The notes beneath the pieces are model-generated. The model was not told the origin of the DNA. It searched no databases and worked only from the letters and a program-made list of their open reading frames with translations. Below, one piece after another: positions 41,741 through 53,818 of a stretch of DNA of 64,000 nt. The stretch's first letter is position 1, and each line of letters starts with the position of its first letter. The position numbers and the translations under genes were made by a program. Source of the DNA: Zygnema circumcarinatum SAG 698-1b. Taxonomy: Eukaryota; Plantae; Zygnematophyceae. The DNA is taken from contig CM074813.1 in the NCBI GenBank assembly GCA_037447605.1, positions 1,984,001 to 2,048,000 on the forward strand, read 5' to 3'.

Positions 41741-41842
41741 GGCGCTGACGAGGGGCGGAGGCGGACAGGAGAGCGCTGGGCGAGCGACACGTGGCCGGGA
41801 TAAACCCCTCTGCCTCCGCCCACCCTCTGAGGGGAAGGGGCC

Positions 41843-41902
41843 GTACATCGTACGGATCGGCATGGTGTACGAACCGTACAATGATGTACTGTAACATTGT
41901 AC
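41843..41902. promoter_or_regulatory. GTAC (SBP/SPL core) cluster in the divergent PPR/vanY promoter
   Basis: Six GTAC in 60 bp, two of them in CCGTAC context. Function is inferred only. Confidence 0.45.
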
Positions 41903-42007
41903 TTCAACTAACGTGGCGCATAAATGGCCGTTGGATGTGGCACGCTAGCAAGTGTGATCTTCCGACCGTTGGATGTACACCTGCGAGATTTCAGGAGTTT
42001 GGATAAT

Positions 42008-42166
42008 AGGGGGTGTCAGACTTAACAAAATCTTACGAAAAGCGTTACGAAAAAAAAGGTTACGAAAGTACTCCGCCGCAGGAGGATCGCGATTATACTG
42101 GAGTACTCGTTCTGATGTCAAACTTACGAACACGCGTACTGAAATTTTTTAAGTCTGACACCCCCT
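42008..42166. mobile_element. PIF/Harbinger-like MITE (159 bp)
   Basis: 18-bp perfect TIR AGGGGGTGTCAGACTTAA and 3-bp TSD AAT. Lies between the divergent PPR and vanY genes. Confidence 0.9.
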
Positions 42167-42506
42167 AATGTCAACGTGGACAGACGGTAATATTACAACC
42201 GTTAGATAACAGTTGGCGTGATTTGGCCGTTGGATATACCACGTTGACAGTCTGGTGGTTCAGGCCGTTGGATATGCCGCGTGGATAATCGGGCGATTTT
42301 GGCCGTTGGATGGCCACGTGTTAGGTGCGACAAGCATAACGCTTTCCATGTGGGCAGTTGGACGGGCGGAGCGTTCGAATCTGGTCGGCGCGCATGGACC
42401 GCGGCCCCTGTTCGTGGCCGCCGCGCGGCCTCATGCCGCACGTGCGAGATCCCGCGGCGCGCGGAGGAGCGCCACGTGGCAGCGCCGCTGAGAGCCGTTG
42501 GAGGGG

Positions 42507-45500
42507 ATGGCGGCCGGAGGCGTCCGCGCGCCCTCTGCCGCCATGGACTGCGCCGCAGCAGCCATGGCGCCTTGCTGGCATGCCCAAGCGCCCCGCGGCA
42601 TCTCGCTGCCACCAGGTGCGTTCCCTGCTGTTGCAATCACGTGTACGACGTCTTCTCGGCAGCTTTTCCGCCATGGCAGCGGGCAAGGAAGGTCGGCTGC
42701 ATGGCGGCAAGAGAAGGGACTCTGCAGGGCCGCCCTACTGATGTTCAGCCATACCAGGCTTGACACGTGGCATCTCGAGAAGCTTTCCACGCCAGCATTT
42801 TTGGCCCCGAGCTTGCGTCACCTGTCCCCTCCGCGGCCATGGCTTCCGGCCGGCGCTGTCGCGGCCCTCTCTTCGTCCGTCGACAGCAGTGACGCATCTC
42901 CAACAGTAAAAAACGCCGCCTCCTCCTCCCCCTCCGCCTGCGAGGACCGCACTGAGCCCTTGTCCAAAATTAGGGTTTCCGACCTGACGACTCCAGAAGC
43001 TACGCCTTCCACGCTTTCTGTAATGAATGTGAGAATTAAGCACAGCAGGGTTCAGAATGCGGAGGCTTTGGGAACGGTGAGGGAGAATCCATGGAGGGGA
43101 GGGATAGGAGGAGAGGTGGAGATGGATGAAAGCAACCTTGGCGGTGATACGCAGGCGAGGTTGCGGGAGGATTTTTCGAATGGATTCGTAGTGAGGGGAA
43201 GGGTGGGAGGAGTGACGGAGGGTGTGGGAGCGGGGGCTGGTCTGAGACAAGAAGTTGGAAGTCCTGCTGAGATTGCAAAGTCACGGTTTGAAGCGGAGAA
43301 GGAGGGGGTGATAGGGGGAGGACGAGGCATGGCTGCGCCAGTAGAGGGAGGCGGATTAGGGTTCATGTCGAGTGGAAGTTTGCGAAGAGATATGGAAACT
43401 GCGGAGCTAAATGGGAACGGAGCACGGTTCGGAAATCGACGGCAGGTGAACAGTGGTTTGCAATGCACAGGAATAGAAATGTAATTGAATTGAAATTTTG
43501 AGTTCTCTCCTTAAAGAAGTGCCGACAGTAACCGACTTCCATTTGCTGGGGTGGTCATGTCCAAAACTAGACTCCAATCAGGCGAGCTCAGCGAATCCAT
43601 GGCGGGAATTCGCCGGAGGGATTACCGCTTCCTTCGACAAATGTCATTGTGGTCACGTTGGCTGCATGTGCCATTGCGTTGGCGCTGGCCATATCGAGAT
43701 ATAAGGGGACTCGATCTTCCAGACTAGGTAGTTCGAATTAGACCCTGCACTTTAATGCATAAGCTATGGCATTCTTCGTATAGATAACATTCAGGTCCTT
43801 GATGCAAGTGAGCACATTCGTATGTTAATGGGTTTGTTGTATATGGCATTTGCTGCAATTATATGCAGGTTTGCTCTAGGCAAACGTTCATATTTATGAT
43901 TATGAAATTTCAGGAGATTTGCAAATTGGAGGTCTCATTTGATTTAGGTGGTCTTCTGCAGAATACGCACCTCGACCGGTGGCAGCAGCAGTGGTATTCG
44001 AAGAACAACAGAGACCAATGCAGGTGCTTATTAACCTGGGCTCATTTCGGGTTACAATAACTTAACTTGTCCGAAATGAATCGTAAAGTCAGCAAAACAA
44101 TTCTCCATGTATAGAGAAGCACCAATTGCCATGTCTGTTATGATTGGTGTCGTAGTATTTTTTTATGAATTAAAGGCGAAAGAATCTTGACCTCAGGATA
44201 TAGCAAATCAGCTCAGTTGACGCTCGAAATCTGAATATTCAAACTGAAAACCACATAGTGATTTGTTTGCATTGCTGACTTTATTGGACTCGTATGTACT
44301 TGGAATTGAAAGAACCATAGGCTCTGAGGCATACGAATCATATAACACACTTCATGTTATCTCCTGGAACAGTGAAGAATGTCCATTTCTCCCCGGCTTC
44401 TTGTTTCCCTGATCCCCGTTTCTACCTCTTTGTCTTTTCTCCTTTCCACTAATCCCTCTCTTTGCCCCTCGCTCTTCCCGCACTCTCCCTCGTCCCCTCC
44501 CACTCCCCTCCTGCCCCCTCTCTCTTTTTCCCTCTCCCTCTCCCTCCCCTCCCCCTCCCTTTCTTCCCATTCCCCCCTCCCTCTCCTTGTCCAACTCGTC
44601 CCTTCCCTCTCTTTCCTCCCTTTCTTTTTCTCGCCCATTTGAGCTCGTCCTATTTGTGACATCCCCAACTGCCAACTGACAAGCGTACTTTTTGCAGTTG
44701 CTGGGTCACTTCAAGGCAGAGGAGGCACCGCTGGAGGACCTTCGTCCTGTTCTGGCAGATGGGAGGTGGGTCCTAAAACAAACATTCAAACATTTTTCGG
44801 TCAGGAAAGAGTCAAAGAAGAAGGAATCATGCGATAAATTTATCATGAAGTTAATTTCTCAGCTTTCCTCAGTTCGAACCCGGCTTGTTATGTGATGAAA
44901 TTGAACTGTGCTTGTCCGGCGAAGGCTTGAAGGTAAGCAACGTCACTGTGTCTGATAGTCGCTGAAACCTTTCGAAGCCCATTCTTTGAGAAGAAGTATG
45001 ACGGCATTCTCCTGCCGCAGTTGAGAAAGTATTGACGAGGAATTTTGACGCAATTCAAGGGCGTTGTCACATGGAAATGGTTGTATGGCAGTGTCAAGCT
45101 CCGGAGCTCAGCTGCGAAAGCCTTTTTGCAAATGCAGGGAACAGCGAAGGCAGAGGGAGTGTACCTTGTGCCTCTCTCAGGGTGATTCTCTCCTCCATTA
45201 TTCAAGTCAAGTCGAGTCAATCTCAGTCAAGCCAATGACTGGCGAGAGCAATGGCAAGTCGAGTCAACACGTGTGCATGCATGCATGCATGTTTGGGCAC
45301 ACAGATGTGCTAATCGACGGACTGCGGTGGATCCACCAGATTCCGTTCCGTAAGCGATCAGGAGGCACTTTTCTATGGAGTGAAAGCGTTACGAAACCAA
45401 CAAATTACGGAGCGGGCGAAGGTGAGTCACATGTGACCGATGTCACTGCATCTGCTGCAGACTGCCACGTGCCTGTAAATAAGAGGAAGATCGCATATCG

Positions 45501-46400
45501 TGCGGTGTCTCTCTTAATCTCTCTGATTTTAGGGGCTTCCATTTTCACATGCCAGGTGTCAGCTCCTCCAGGTTACAGCGAACATCACACGGGTTATGCA
45601 GTGGACGTTGGGGATGTGCTCGCAGCGGAAACGCATCTGGAGTTTGGTACATCTCCGGCACACCTCAAAATCCACCCCTCATTGTCCCAAAAAACACGAA
45701 ACAATTTGAAAATATAACCTGACCACAACTGAAAAAACTATTCACTTTAGGATTACAGAAAGATAAAAAAAAATTGAAAGGTTTTTGAAAATTTTCATGA
45801 GTTTTCTAGGCTCCCATTTTTTCCTTATTTTAGTTTGCTGTAGCATAAATCTACTTTTTTTAAGAATCGAATTCAAAGTACTCGCTCTCACCTTTGCCAT
45901 TGATCATGGGAAAAGTAAACTATGGCTAATTATCAGACGTTCTTAGACGCATTCTTGCAAAACATAAACACCATAGGTTTTTGCCGCATTTCTGGTGCAG
46001 AGTTTGAGAAAACCGAAGCTTTCAAGTGGCTCCAAAAGAACGCAAACAGGTGAGAGTGCAAATGGGGTTAACTTTGTCCTTTAACTTCGCATATAACCGA
46101 AGCTCGACTGCTTTCCTGACTCAACAAAGGCGTTGCTCGCCGATTAGCTTGAAGAATAGTGTACCTTGATTACTGTTTTCTGGTCTAAGGGATACACACG
46201 TGTGAACACGACAACCTCATGAGCTTGTGGGGTGTTCGCACTGGAGCAGGTTCCACTTCGAGATGTCGTTTCCTCGGCACAACGAGCAGGGCATTATGTA
46301 CGAGCCGTGGCATTGGCGCTTTGTGGGAGACGCGCACAGCACGCTCGCCTTCCACGCTCAACGGCACGGAGCCGGTCAACGGCAGCACAATCAGATCTAG
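42507..46400 (+). CDS. vanY: VanY-type (peptidase M15B) D-Ala-D-Ala carboxypeptidase with long N-terminal extension and TM helix; plastid peptidoglycan hydrolase
   Basis: Phase-consistent exons: long first exon to about 43446, TM exon (NVIVVTLAACAIALALAIS), LLGHFKAEEAP...ADG, VKLRSSAAKAFLQMQ...GVYLVPLSG|FRSVSDQEALF, VSAPPGYSEHHTGYAVDVGD, FEKTEAFKWLQKNANR, FHFEMSFPRHNEQGIMYEPWHWRFVGD...* at 46400. Zn-binding SxH-D and ExxH motifs are intact. The exact start is uncertain. Confidence 0.93.
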
Positions 46401-47522
46401 CTCTCTCTCTCTCTCTCTCTCCCACACACACACACAAACACATCGCTCTCGTACATTCTCCCCCCCGTCTCTCTCACCTCCTCGCTATTTCTCTGTCTTG
46501 CTCTCACATCCCACCCCCCCCCACGTCTCTCTCTCCCCCACTCCTCCCTCATTCGCCGCTCTCGCACATCCTCTCCCCCACCCCTCTCATCCTCTTATTC
46601 CTGACTTCTCTGTTCCTCAACTCTTCCTGTTCTTGAACAACCATCCGCTGAAGTTATGTACAGCCCATCTGCTGCAGTTCCACTCCATGGTTTCCTATTG
46701 CCGCTCCATTCAGATACAGAGGTAGGACTGCCACGTGTACATTTCCATCGTTCGGAGGCTTACAAGCTAGAAGCCACATGGCGCTTCAAGGAGCGTAGTA
46801 GAACACACCGCCGCTGTTCTTTATTCTTAGGGTGGAATAAGGTCCACGCTAAAAGCTTTCTGCATTCAGATTTTCAGTAGCTTTGTGGTGATTTATAGGT
46901 TTAGGGATGTCAGGGTTTCATGGTTTTTTAGGGTTTATTCTGGACCACCACCTGTCGGTATCACTTGTAGCAGAGAAGGCATTGCACGGTTTAACGCGTT
47001 GGGTCGCTGCTCACTATTCGTAGGTGGTTCGTAGGTTGGAGTTTTGTGAATGCTTGGTTCTATGCGCCGACGCAGAAGGACAATTGAAGTTTCTGGAATC
47101 CGTTTGGTTATTTTAATTGCGTTTCATTTTTCCTATTTCCACTTTATTCTGTAAATCGACATGTTTTTTTTTTAGCGTAAGCCTCGAATGAACTTGGCGG
47201 TTCAATCCTCGATGTGTAGCACGACCGTTTCAGTCTTCAAGGGAGGTTTAAGAGGTTGAAAGACCAATATTACTGTTTGCAATGTTTGTGAAAACACGTG
47301 GCAAGAATGCAATTAGGGTTCCAATGATCCAATGAACATCGACCAAAGTTTTACGGGTTCGGGTCAACATTGACATTGCTTATTCAAACCTAAAAAAGAT
47401 ATTAAACAATTAAAGAATACTGTTGGCTTCGAGCTGTCTGGATTTTTTGTCCCTCTTTTTCCTTCGAAGGTACGGGGTATCAGACCGAGGGTATAGCTGC
47501 CCTCGTGAAGCGAGCAGATCCC

Positions 47523-48277
47523 TCACTCACTCACTGCACGCATCTGGGCTCCTCTTGGGGGGGTGCAGATGCCCAGATCACCCTTCCTCCCTCCCCTCCC
47601 CTCCTCATCCCTCCGCTGCGCATGTCCCTGCTTCCGCCATGGATTGCCTACACGCAATAATTTGTCTGCATCTCCGTACAACACTTCTCTGCTTCTCGAC
47701 TCTGACCCGTTTGATATCTCCAGCACCAAGACTTTCTTTTGAAGCGTTTGGAGGCTCTCAAATTTTACGTGTTGAAACTCAGCATCCAAAGTTTGAGCAA
47801 AACCTATCTTCAACATCAGCTGTGCGACTGAGTAAGACGGATCGTCCACGTACGAAAATAAGAGATCAAACTCAATATTATAATGCTTCACAGCGGTGAC
47901 CTGCCTGCAGAGAGGCCACCGCCTTTGCATATGCACCTTGTATGATACTGCCTCTGCAGGACCCATTCCCCTGTCTTTCCACGTGGAATCCAGCTCATGG
48001 TTCTTAATTTCGTTAAAGTGTCATTTTTAGCTTGACCTTTTTAAGCCAATCTACTGCGAAAGATACCCAATCCGAGCCTCTGCACCCTCGACTGCGCAGA
48101 TAAAGCTCCAGGCTGAAGAGTCACGGCTGCAAGTCCTCAGACTTCTCGCCCCTGAAGGGTGAAATGTCAAGGCCTTGACCTCCTCATCCTCGCACTCCAC
48201 CGATCTCTCTCATCAGCGTCCTTCGCCTTCATATGAGCCCACTGCCCGCCTTGGCCGGCCCCCATGGGCGCTACCAT
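47523..48277 (-). CDS. Hypothetical small protein, possible ubiquitin-like (beta-grasp) fold
   Basis: Exon 48277-48180 (ATG...AG|gt, phase 2) splices to the acceptor at 47970 in the frame of ORF 47523..47966. The predicted pattern YKVHMQ / VKHYNIEF / SVAQLMLKIG / VLVLEI fits beta-beta-alpha-beta. No homologue was recognised and the 3' end is uncertain. Confidence 0.4.
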
Positions 48278-49458
48278 AGAAAGGGCCTTTCCGTTACAGT
48301 GGAACTGCGTATTCCTCAGTTCGCTGTACCGCGCCACGGAACTACTGGTGCCGTACGAACACCGTTCGCTGCATACCGTTGCGGCCTCCGTTCGCCGATG
48401 GCGGCTGACACGTGTCGGCTCGTGTGCGTCGGCGTGGCGGTCGAATGCCGCCGATCGGTGGGACCCTCCTCTCAGAGCTCCTCTCCTTTCAACGTTTTGT
48501 TGGCCTCAGTCAGTAATCGTCGCATGTGTGGCTATCTATGCTGCAGCGAAAAGCATGGAATCTACCTTTTAAAGGCTCGTACAAAACTGGTTGGTTGCAA
48601 GACAATATGGAAATGGAAGCAAAAATGTTAGACGAGCATTTTGTTGAAAAAAACAAGCGTTGTGCGCTTCGATTTTGCTCTCACAATGAACAGCCGGAGG
48701 CAAATGATACGAATGGAAGATGAATTTTAGCTTAGATTTCACTCTATCCAGCAAAGATGAGATCCCATACTGCCCCACACGCGCCTCCACAAGTTCAATC
48801 TAAGCAGGGAGTGCGAGAGACAACCAGGTCACATTGTGTACATTCATTAACACGTGGAGCAGAGCAACAGGATGGAACAAGAGGGAGCAACAGAGAAGCG
48901 AGGGAACTCAAAACCTGAAAATGCCCATAGAATGTCAATTTTTAAAATTGAGGCGCAAAAATATCACAGTCTGCCCAAATGCGGGTCTCTCTCTAATTTC
49001 CTGCCTTAAAAATGACATCTAGCCTGCTAGACGTCTACCGTAGTCTCTGCTACTTCTTTTTCCCGAGGTGGCATGCCACACATGGGAGATAAAAAAAAAG
49101 GCGGAAAATAATGAAAAGGATAAGACGGAAAGAATAAAAAACGTCATTAAGGTCCTACATTTCCTGGAACTCCTCCACAAAGTTTTGCTGGCAGCGACAG
49201 CTGGCATTCTCTCTCTCTCAAGAGGCTCGTGCCCTGTCACTGTCACTGTTACCAACGTTGCACCGAAAATAATGAACCCAAAAAAGAGGGAAAACCCAAC
49301 GAATTCCCTCTCCGCAGGGAAAAACATGCAGCTGCAGCCGCAGCCCATGTATGTACTCCACGCCCCCCCCCCNNNNNNNNNNCCCCCCCCCCCCCCCCCC
49401 CCCCCCGCCCCCCTTTCTGAGGGTCTATGAATGGGAATGACGACCTTCTATTGTGCCT

Positions 49459-51111
49459 TCACAGAGCGAGTTTTAAATTCAAGTCTACCCTCTGCCTTGC
49501 CCTCCCATTTCGCAGCGCTTCGCCTTCTGGTAAGCGCGCATCGGCCTCAAGTTGCGCAGCAGCGCTGCTCTGCTCCTCCGCCAGCCTCCGCAGAATCTCC
49601 TGCGCGAGCCAAGTCTTCTTGCTAAGGCCTTTCGCACTCGGAGGAGAGCCTGACTCCTTCACTGGACGTTCGGTTTCTGTTAGCAGCAGGGGAGGCTCGC
49701 TACCGCGGCCTGTGGATGTGGGAGAAAGGAATGATTGGGAGGGGAGAGTGGTAGTGGTAGAGGGAAGGGAGGAGGGAGAGGAGGACGGTGCCGCTTTAGG
49801 GAAGGCCTTTCCATGGCAGCCACTCAAAACCCTCGTGGAGCGGCACGGCACAGAAAAGAAGTTACAGTACTGCCCGCAGCATGGTTCTATGGCAGACATC
49901 AATTTTCCGTCCCTGCTGACTGTTCCTTGATGCTGCTGCTGGTGGAATGCAAGGAACGGCACAGAAAGGCCGTCCAGGCTGCCGCCCAGATGCTTCATTT
50001 CAGCTCCTCCAGTCGTGGACATCCCTTCACCGCCGCTGCTTTGGGCAGAAACTGGCACGAGGCTGGGAGAAAACCCACTGTTGGGATCCTGTTTTGGCCC
50101 TGCTGAAACTCCCCAGCTTTGAACCTCCCTCTCTCTCTCCCTCTCCCTCTCCCTCTCATTCTCTTTCTCCCTGATCTTGCTCGTCTTTCCTCGCGGTCTC
50201 CTTTTCCCCGCCGTGCTTCTGTGCGGGAGATCCGGGTGCACGCCCTTCAGTTCCCTGTGCCCGTTTCTATGTCCGCCGAGCGCCTGCACAGTTGGAAACC
50301 GCATGCCGCAGATGGAACATGCGTGCGGCCCCGCCCCGGCGTGCCAGCTGGTGACTGACGTGGCAGACGAGGGCGCCGAGCTGGCAGCCGCAGAGCGCAG
50401 CAGCTCTGCCACGTGTCTCGGCGCCGCCCCGGCCTCGAGCGGCAGCGAGACGGCCTTCTCCGTACCTTCGCGCAGCAGCGCGGCCCGCCACGAGGGGACG
50501 GAGGAGAGGCTGAAGAGGGTGTCGCTGAGGGAGCGCTGAGGAAGCTGCCGCGCACCTTCCGGGGCCACGGTGGAGGTGGTGGAATTGCTGAGGTTGGGAC
50601 ACGTGTTGCTGCGCTCCGGGTCGGGGAGGGCGAGGGGCTGCCATCGGGAGGAGGAGGAGGGGGCGGCCATGGAGTCAGGGGAGGACCGCGAGGCCGCCAT
50701 AGATCCGGAGACTGCGGTGACAGAAGAGCGGCTGGTGCTGCCACCTGGCGCCTGCAGAAGCCAAGCCCGCCCAGAGGGCGCGGTGCAGATGTCGAGGATG
50801 GAGGGGCACGAGGCGTGGGGCGCTGCCACGTGTACACTGTGGCTGGGCTCGGAGTCTCCAGAAATGGCGCCATATAAGGCGCCTTCCTGCTCGCCTTCCC
50901 TCTCCCAGTCCCTCTCTCTGCTGCGAGTGGGAGCAGCGGGGACAGCCGCAAGCGTGCCGGCGCGCCACTCTTGCGCCTCCTCCAGGCGGCCGCGCTTCGC
51001 CTGCCGCTCTTCAGAGGATCGCTTCCGGGCGCGGGGCCGCGATTCAGAGGGCGGCCCGGAAAAGGAGTCCATGGAGGCAGCGACCGCCACCGCCGCATTG
51101 CGCTGGCACAT
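49459..51111 (-). CDS. Intronless single C2H2 zinc-finger repressor (QALGGH type) with C-terminal EAR motif
   Basis: ORF 49459..51336 contains HACSICGMRFPTVQALGGHRNGH and ends VDLNLKLAL* (EAR DLNxxL/LxLxL). Likely start is 51111 or 51072. The upstream part of the ORF is (SP)n microsatellite. Confidence 0.88.
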   Translation of the reverse strand: MCQRNAAVAVAASMDSFSGPPSESRPRARKRSSEERQAKRGRLEEAQEWRAGTLAAVPAAPTRSRERDWEREGEQEGALYGAISGDSEPSHSVHVAAPHASCPSILDICTAPSGRAWLLQAPGGSTSRSSVTAVSGSMAASRSSPDSMAAPSSSSRWQPLALPDPERSNTCPNLSNSTTSTVAPEGARQLPQRSLSDTLFSLSSVPSWRAALLREGTEKAVSLPLEAGAAPRHVAELLRSAAASSAPSSATSVTSWHAGAGPHACSICGMRFPTVQALGGHRNGHRELKGVHPDLPHRSTAGKRRPRGKTSKIREKENEREREREREREVQSWGVSAGPKQDPNSGFSPSLVPVSAQSSGGEGMSTTGGAEMKHLGGSLDGLSVPFLAFHQQQHQGTVSRDGKLMSAIEPCCGQYCNFFSVPCRSTRVLSGCHGKAFPKAAPSSSPSSLPSTTTTLPSQSFLSPTSTGRGSEPPLLLTETERPVKESGSPPSAKGLSKKTWLAQEILRRLAEEQSSAAAQLEADARLPEGEALRNGRARQRVDLNLKLAL

Positions 51112-52827
51112 AGCGGACAGGCCTCTCTCCCTTCCGCTGACCCGCACCCGCGCCCTCTCTCGACCCCTACGCCCCTCTGACCCTCTGACCCTCCTTCCCT
51201 CCCACCCTCTGCCTCTCCCGCCCACTCCCAGCGTCGTTGCCCTACGGAGAGAGGCGGAGGCAGAGAGAGAAGGCGAGGGAGAGGGAGAGGGAGAGGGTGA
51301 GGGAGATGGAGAGGGCGAGGGCGAGGACGAGGCCAATCAGGGGAGGGGCGTTGGGCATGAGGCGCGAGGCCCGCAAGTGCGAAAGGGGACGCATCCCGCA
51401 CGTGCGACGGAGGGCACCGAGTGGCGGACGGGTCATGACGTGGCGCGCGATTCTTCTCGAAAGAGCCGCCGATTTGCTGCGGCGGTCGGCGCGTGCCACT
51501 GGGGCCGCGGCGACCGCGGGGGCACGGGCGGGCGGGCGTACGGCCGAAGACGGGGCCGGGAAACGCGGGGGACGCGTGGGGGGAAGGAGGCCGTCGGATG
51601 CGATGGGGACGTGGGCAGCCAGGACAAAAACGTCTCGAAATTAGGGTAGGCGGATTTTTGCACGCCAGCGCATCACGTCGCGACAAGAATCGTCATTGGC
51701 TGGCCGGCCCGCCCGGCGCGGCGCGGCGCGCTACGCGACAAGCGGGCGGACAGCGGGCGGGCAGGGGAGGCCGAACAGTACGGCCTGGCAGTCTTGGGAA
51801 AAGCCGGGCGGGGCTGGGCGGGGGAGGGGCTGCGGAACTAGTACTCTGCATTCGGTTTTATAATTTCTACTGCGGGAAGCTCGTATTGATTTTGAATTTT
51901 TCATTTCTTTATTTTCCCAGTTCCCTTTTCAAGATTGCAAAACCCCCGGCGGAATACATGTAATTCTGTGGCCGGATAATAATAAGTTACTGTTTGGCGG
52001 GGAGCGGCCGGCGGGGCTCTCTCCGCGCGCCACGTCTCGCGAGGGCGAGGGGCAACGTGGCGCGCGGAGAGCGGTGTCGGCGGGGGCAGCGGCCAATCGC
52101 GGACGCGCAAAAAGGGGACGGCGAGGCGGCACCGACCGAAAAGCGCATTGGAAAAGGGGGCATGGTCGCGACAAAATGTCGTTCTTTGAATTCTGGCGCG
52201 ACAAAAGGCGGTGCTCGTACGGCCAGATGCGACCCGTAGGTGCCAACGTGGCGTACGGCCTCGGCTACATAAAGACTGGGCTGCGAATGCAGCCAAGGAC
52301 CGTACGCCTCGATGATGCGGATGGCAGGATCTGAGGATCGGATACGATCCTAGCGATCCGATCCTTGTCGGCACGCGTACTGATTGGGCGGCCCGAGGGC
52401 TCGGTCAAGCAGGCCAAATCCGCCAGCTGGCGCACCCACAGTGGCCGCGAGAGCCGGGGAGCCCAGGCGCCCAATCGCATCATTTGCCGCAATTCGCTCG
52501 CGCGAAGCGACGAGGCGGGCGGGCGGGCGGGCGAGCGGGCGGGCGTTGTCAACTAGCCCGCGGGGTGCCCAGGAGGCGCCACGCGGCGCGGCGTACGGAG
52601 GCCAGAGTCAACGCGGGCGGCAGATCCGTACGGCGCAGGCGGCATTGATGGCCGCGCCCGCCAGGTCAAAAAGCGAACGCCCGAACGTTGCCGCGGGCCG
52701 CGGGGACGTTTCGTTTCGGGCTGGCGGGGGAGGCCGCCGGGCGGGCAGGGCTCCCCGCAGGGCGGGGAGGGGACTACTGTACCGTGAAACCGAACAGATT
52801 GAGAAATTGAGACACGAGTTTACTTAA

Positions 52828-53767
52828 GGGTAGTGATATGTCCACCCCTTTTTTGGATCCAAACACCCCTTCCCGGCCGGGCAGATTTCAAAAGGGATTA
52901 AAAACGGAAAATGGTTTTTTCACACCTTTTTGGAATCGATACCCACCTCCTTCCTTCGGCTGATTTTATTTTTGCTAACCAAGGAAAATGATACCCCGTC
53001 ACCGCATTTTGAATACTGTATCCCGCCTCCCTGAATTTTTTTTTGGAGGGAAAGAAATATCTGCCTGCCCGAATCCGCTGGGAGCGGAAGATCCGTCCGC
53101 CACGAGATCGTTCACGGGTGTCCGTCCTTCACACGTGCGTGTCAATCGCATCTGTCGATTTCCCTCGCAGATCGCACCACTGCAGATCACCGTTTGATCT
53201 GCAGCCGGGCTCGATCTTAGCGAATGGACCACGAGTCCCGCCAAAGCCGGATCGCACGTGCGAGTGCGCGCGTTCCTCGACCCGAGATCTCGTGCATTGT
53301 CAGCTCTCAGCCAATAAACATATGCCACGTGTTAAATTTTTGACATGGAAAACTTTGATTGGTCCAAGCTCTCAATGTACGAAATATTGGGTTCCTCAAA
53401 GTTGCGACCGTACGACATTTGTACGGACAAACTATTGAGACGAGTTTGGCGGGATACGTGGGCACGTGCCATTCGCTGTGACCGAGCCCGTCTGCAGAGC
53501 AAATAGTGATCTGCCGTGTTGCGATCTTCGAGGGAATCGACGGCTGCGATTGACCGCACGCGTGAAAAAAATTCAGGTAGGCGGGATATTCAAAATGGGA
53601 TGACGGGTTATTTCCTTGTTTCGCAAAAATAAAATCTGCCGATGGAGGGTGGGTATCGATTCCAAAAAGGTGTGAAAAAAGCATTTTCCGTTTTTAATCC
53701 TTTTTGAAATCTGCCCGGCCGGGAAGGGGTGTTTGGATCCAAAAAAGGGGTGGAAATATCACTACCC
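52828..53767. mobile_element. Non-autonomous long-TIR (foldback) DNA element, subfamily B1
   Basis: Ends GGGTAGTGATAT...ATATCACTACCC. About 200 bp of near-perfect TIR plus weaker inner inverted homology. 8-bp TSD TTACTTAA at 52820-52827 and 53768-53775. Confidence 0.95.
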
Positions 53768-53818
53768 TTACTTAATTTCTCAATTCTCAATCTTACAGAG
53801 AATCTTATAGGGTTGAAC

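Noticed and set aside
50247-51686. Overlapping 479-aa and 359-aa ORFs
   Set aside because: GC-rich shadow frames of the zinc-finger gene with no motifs.
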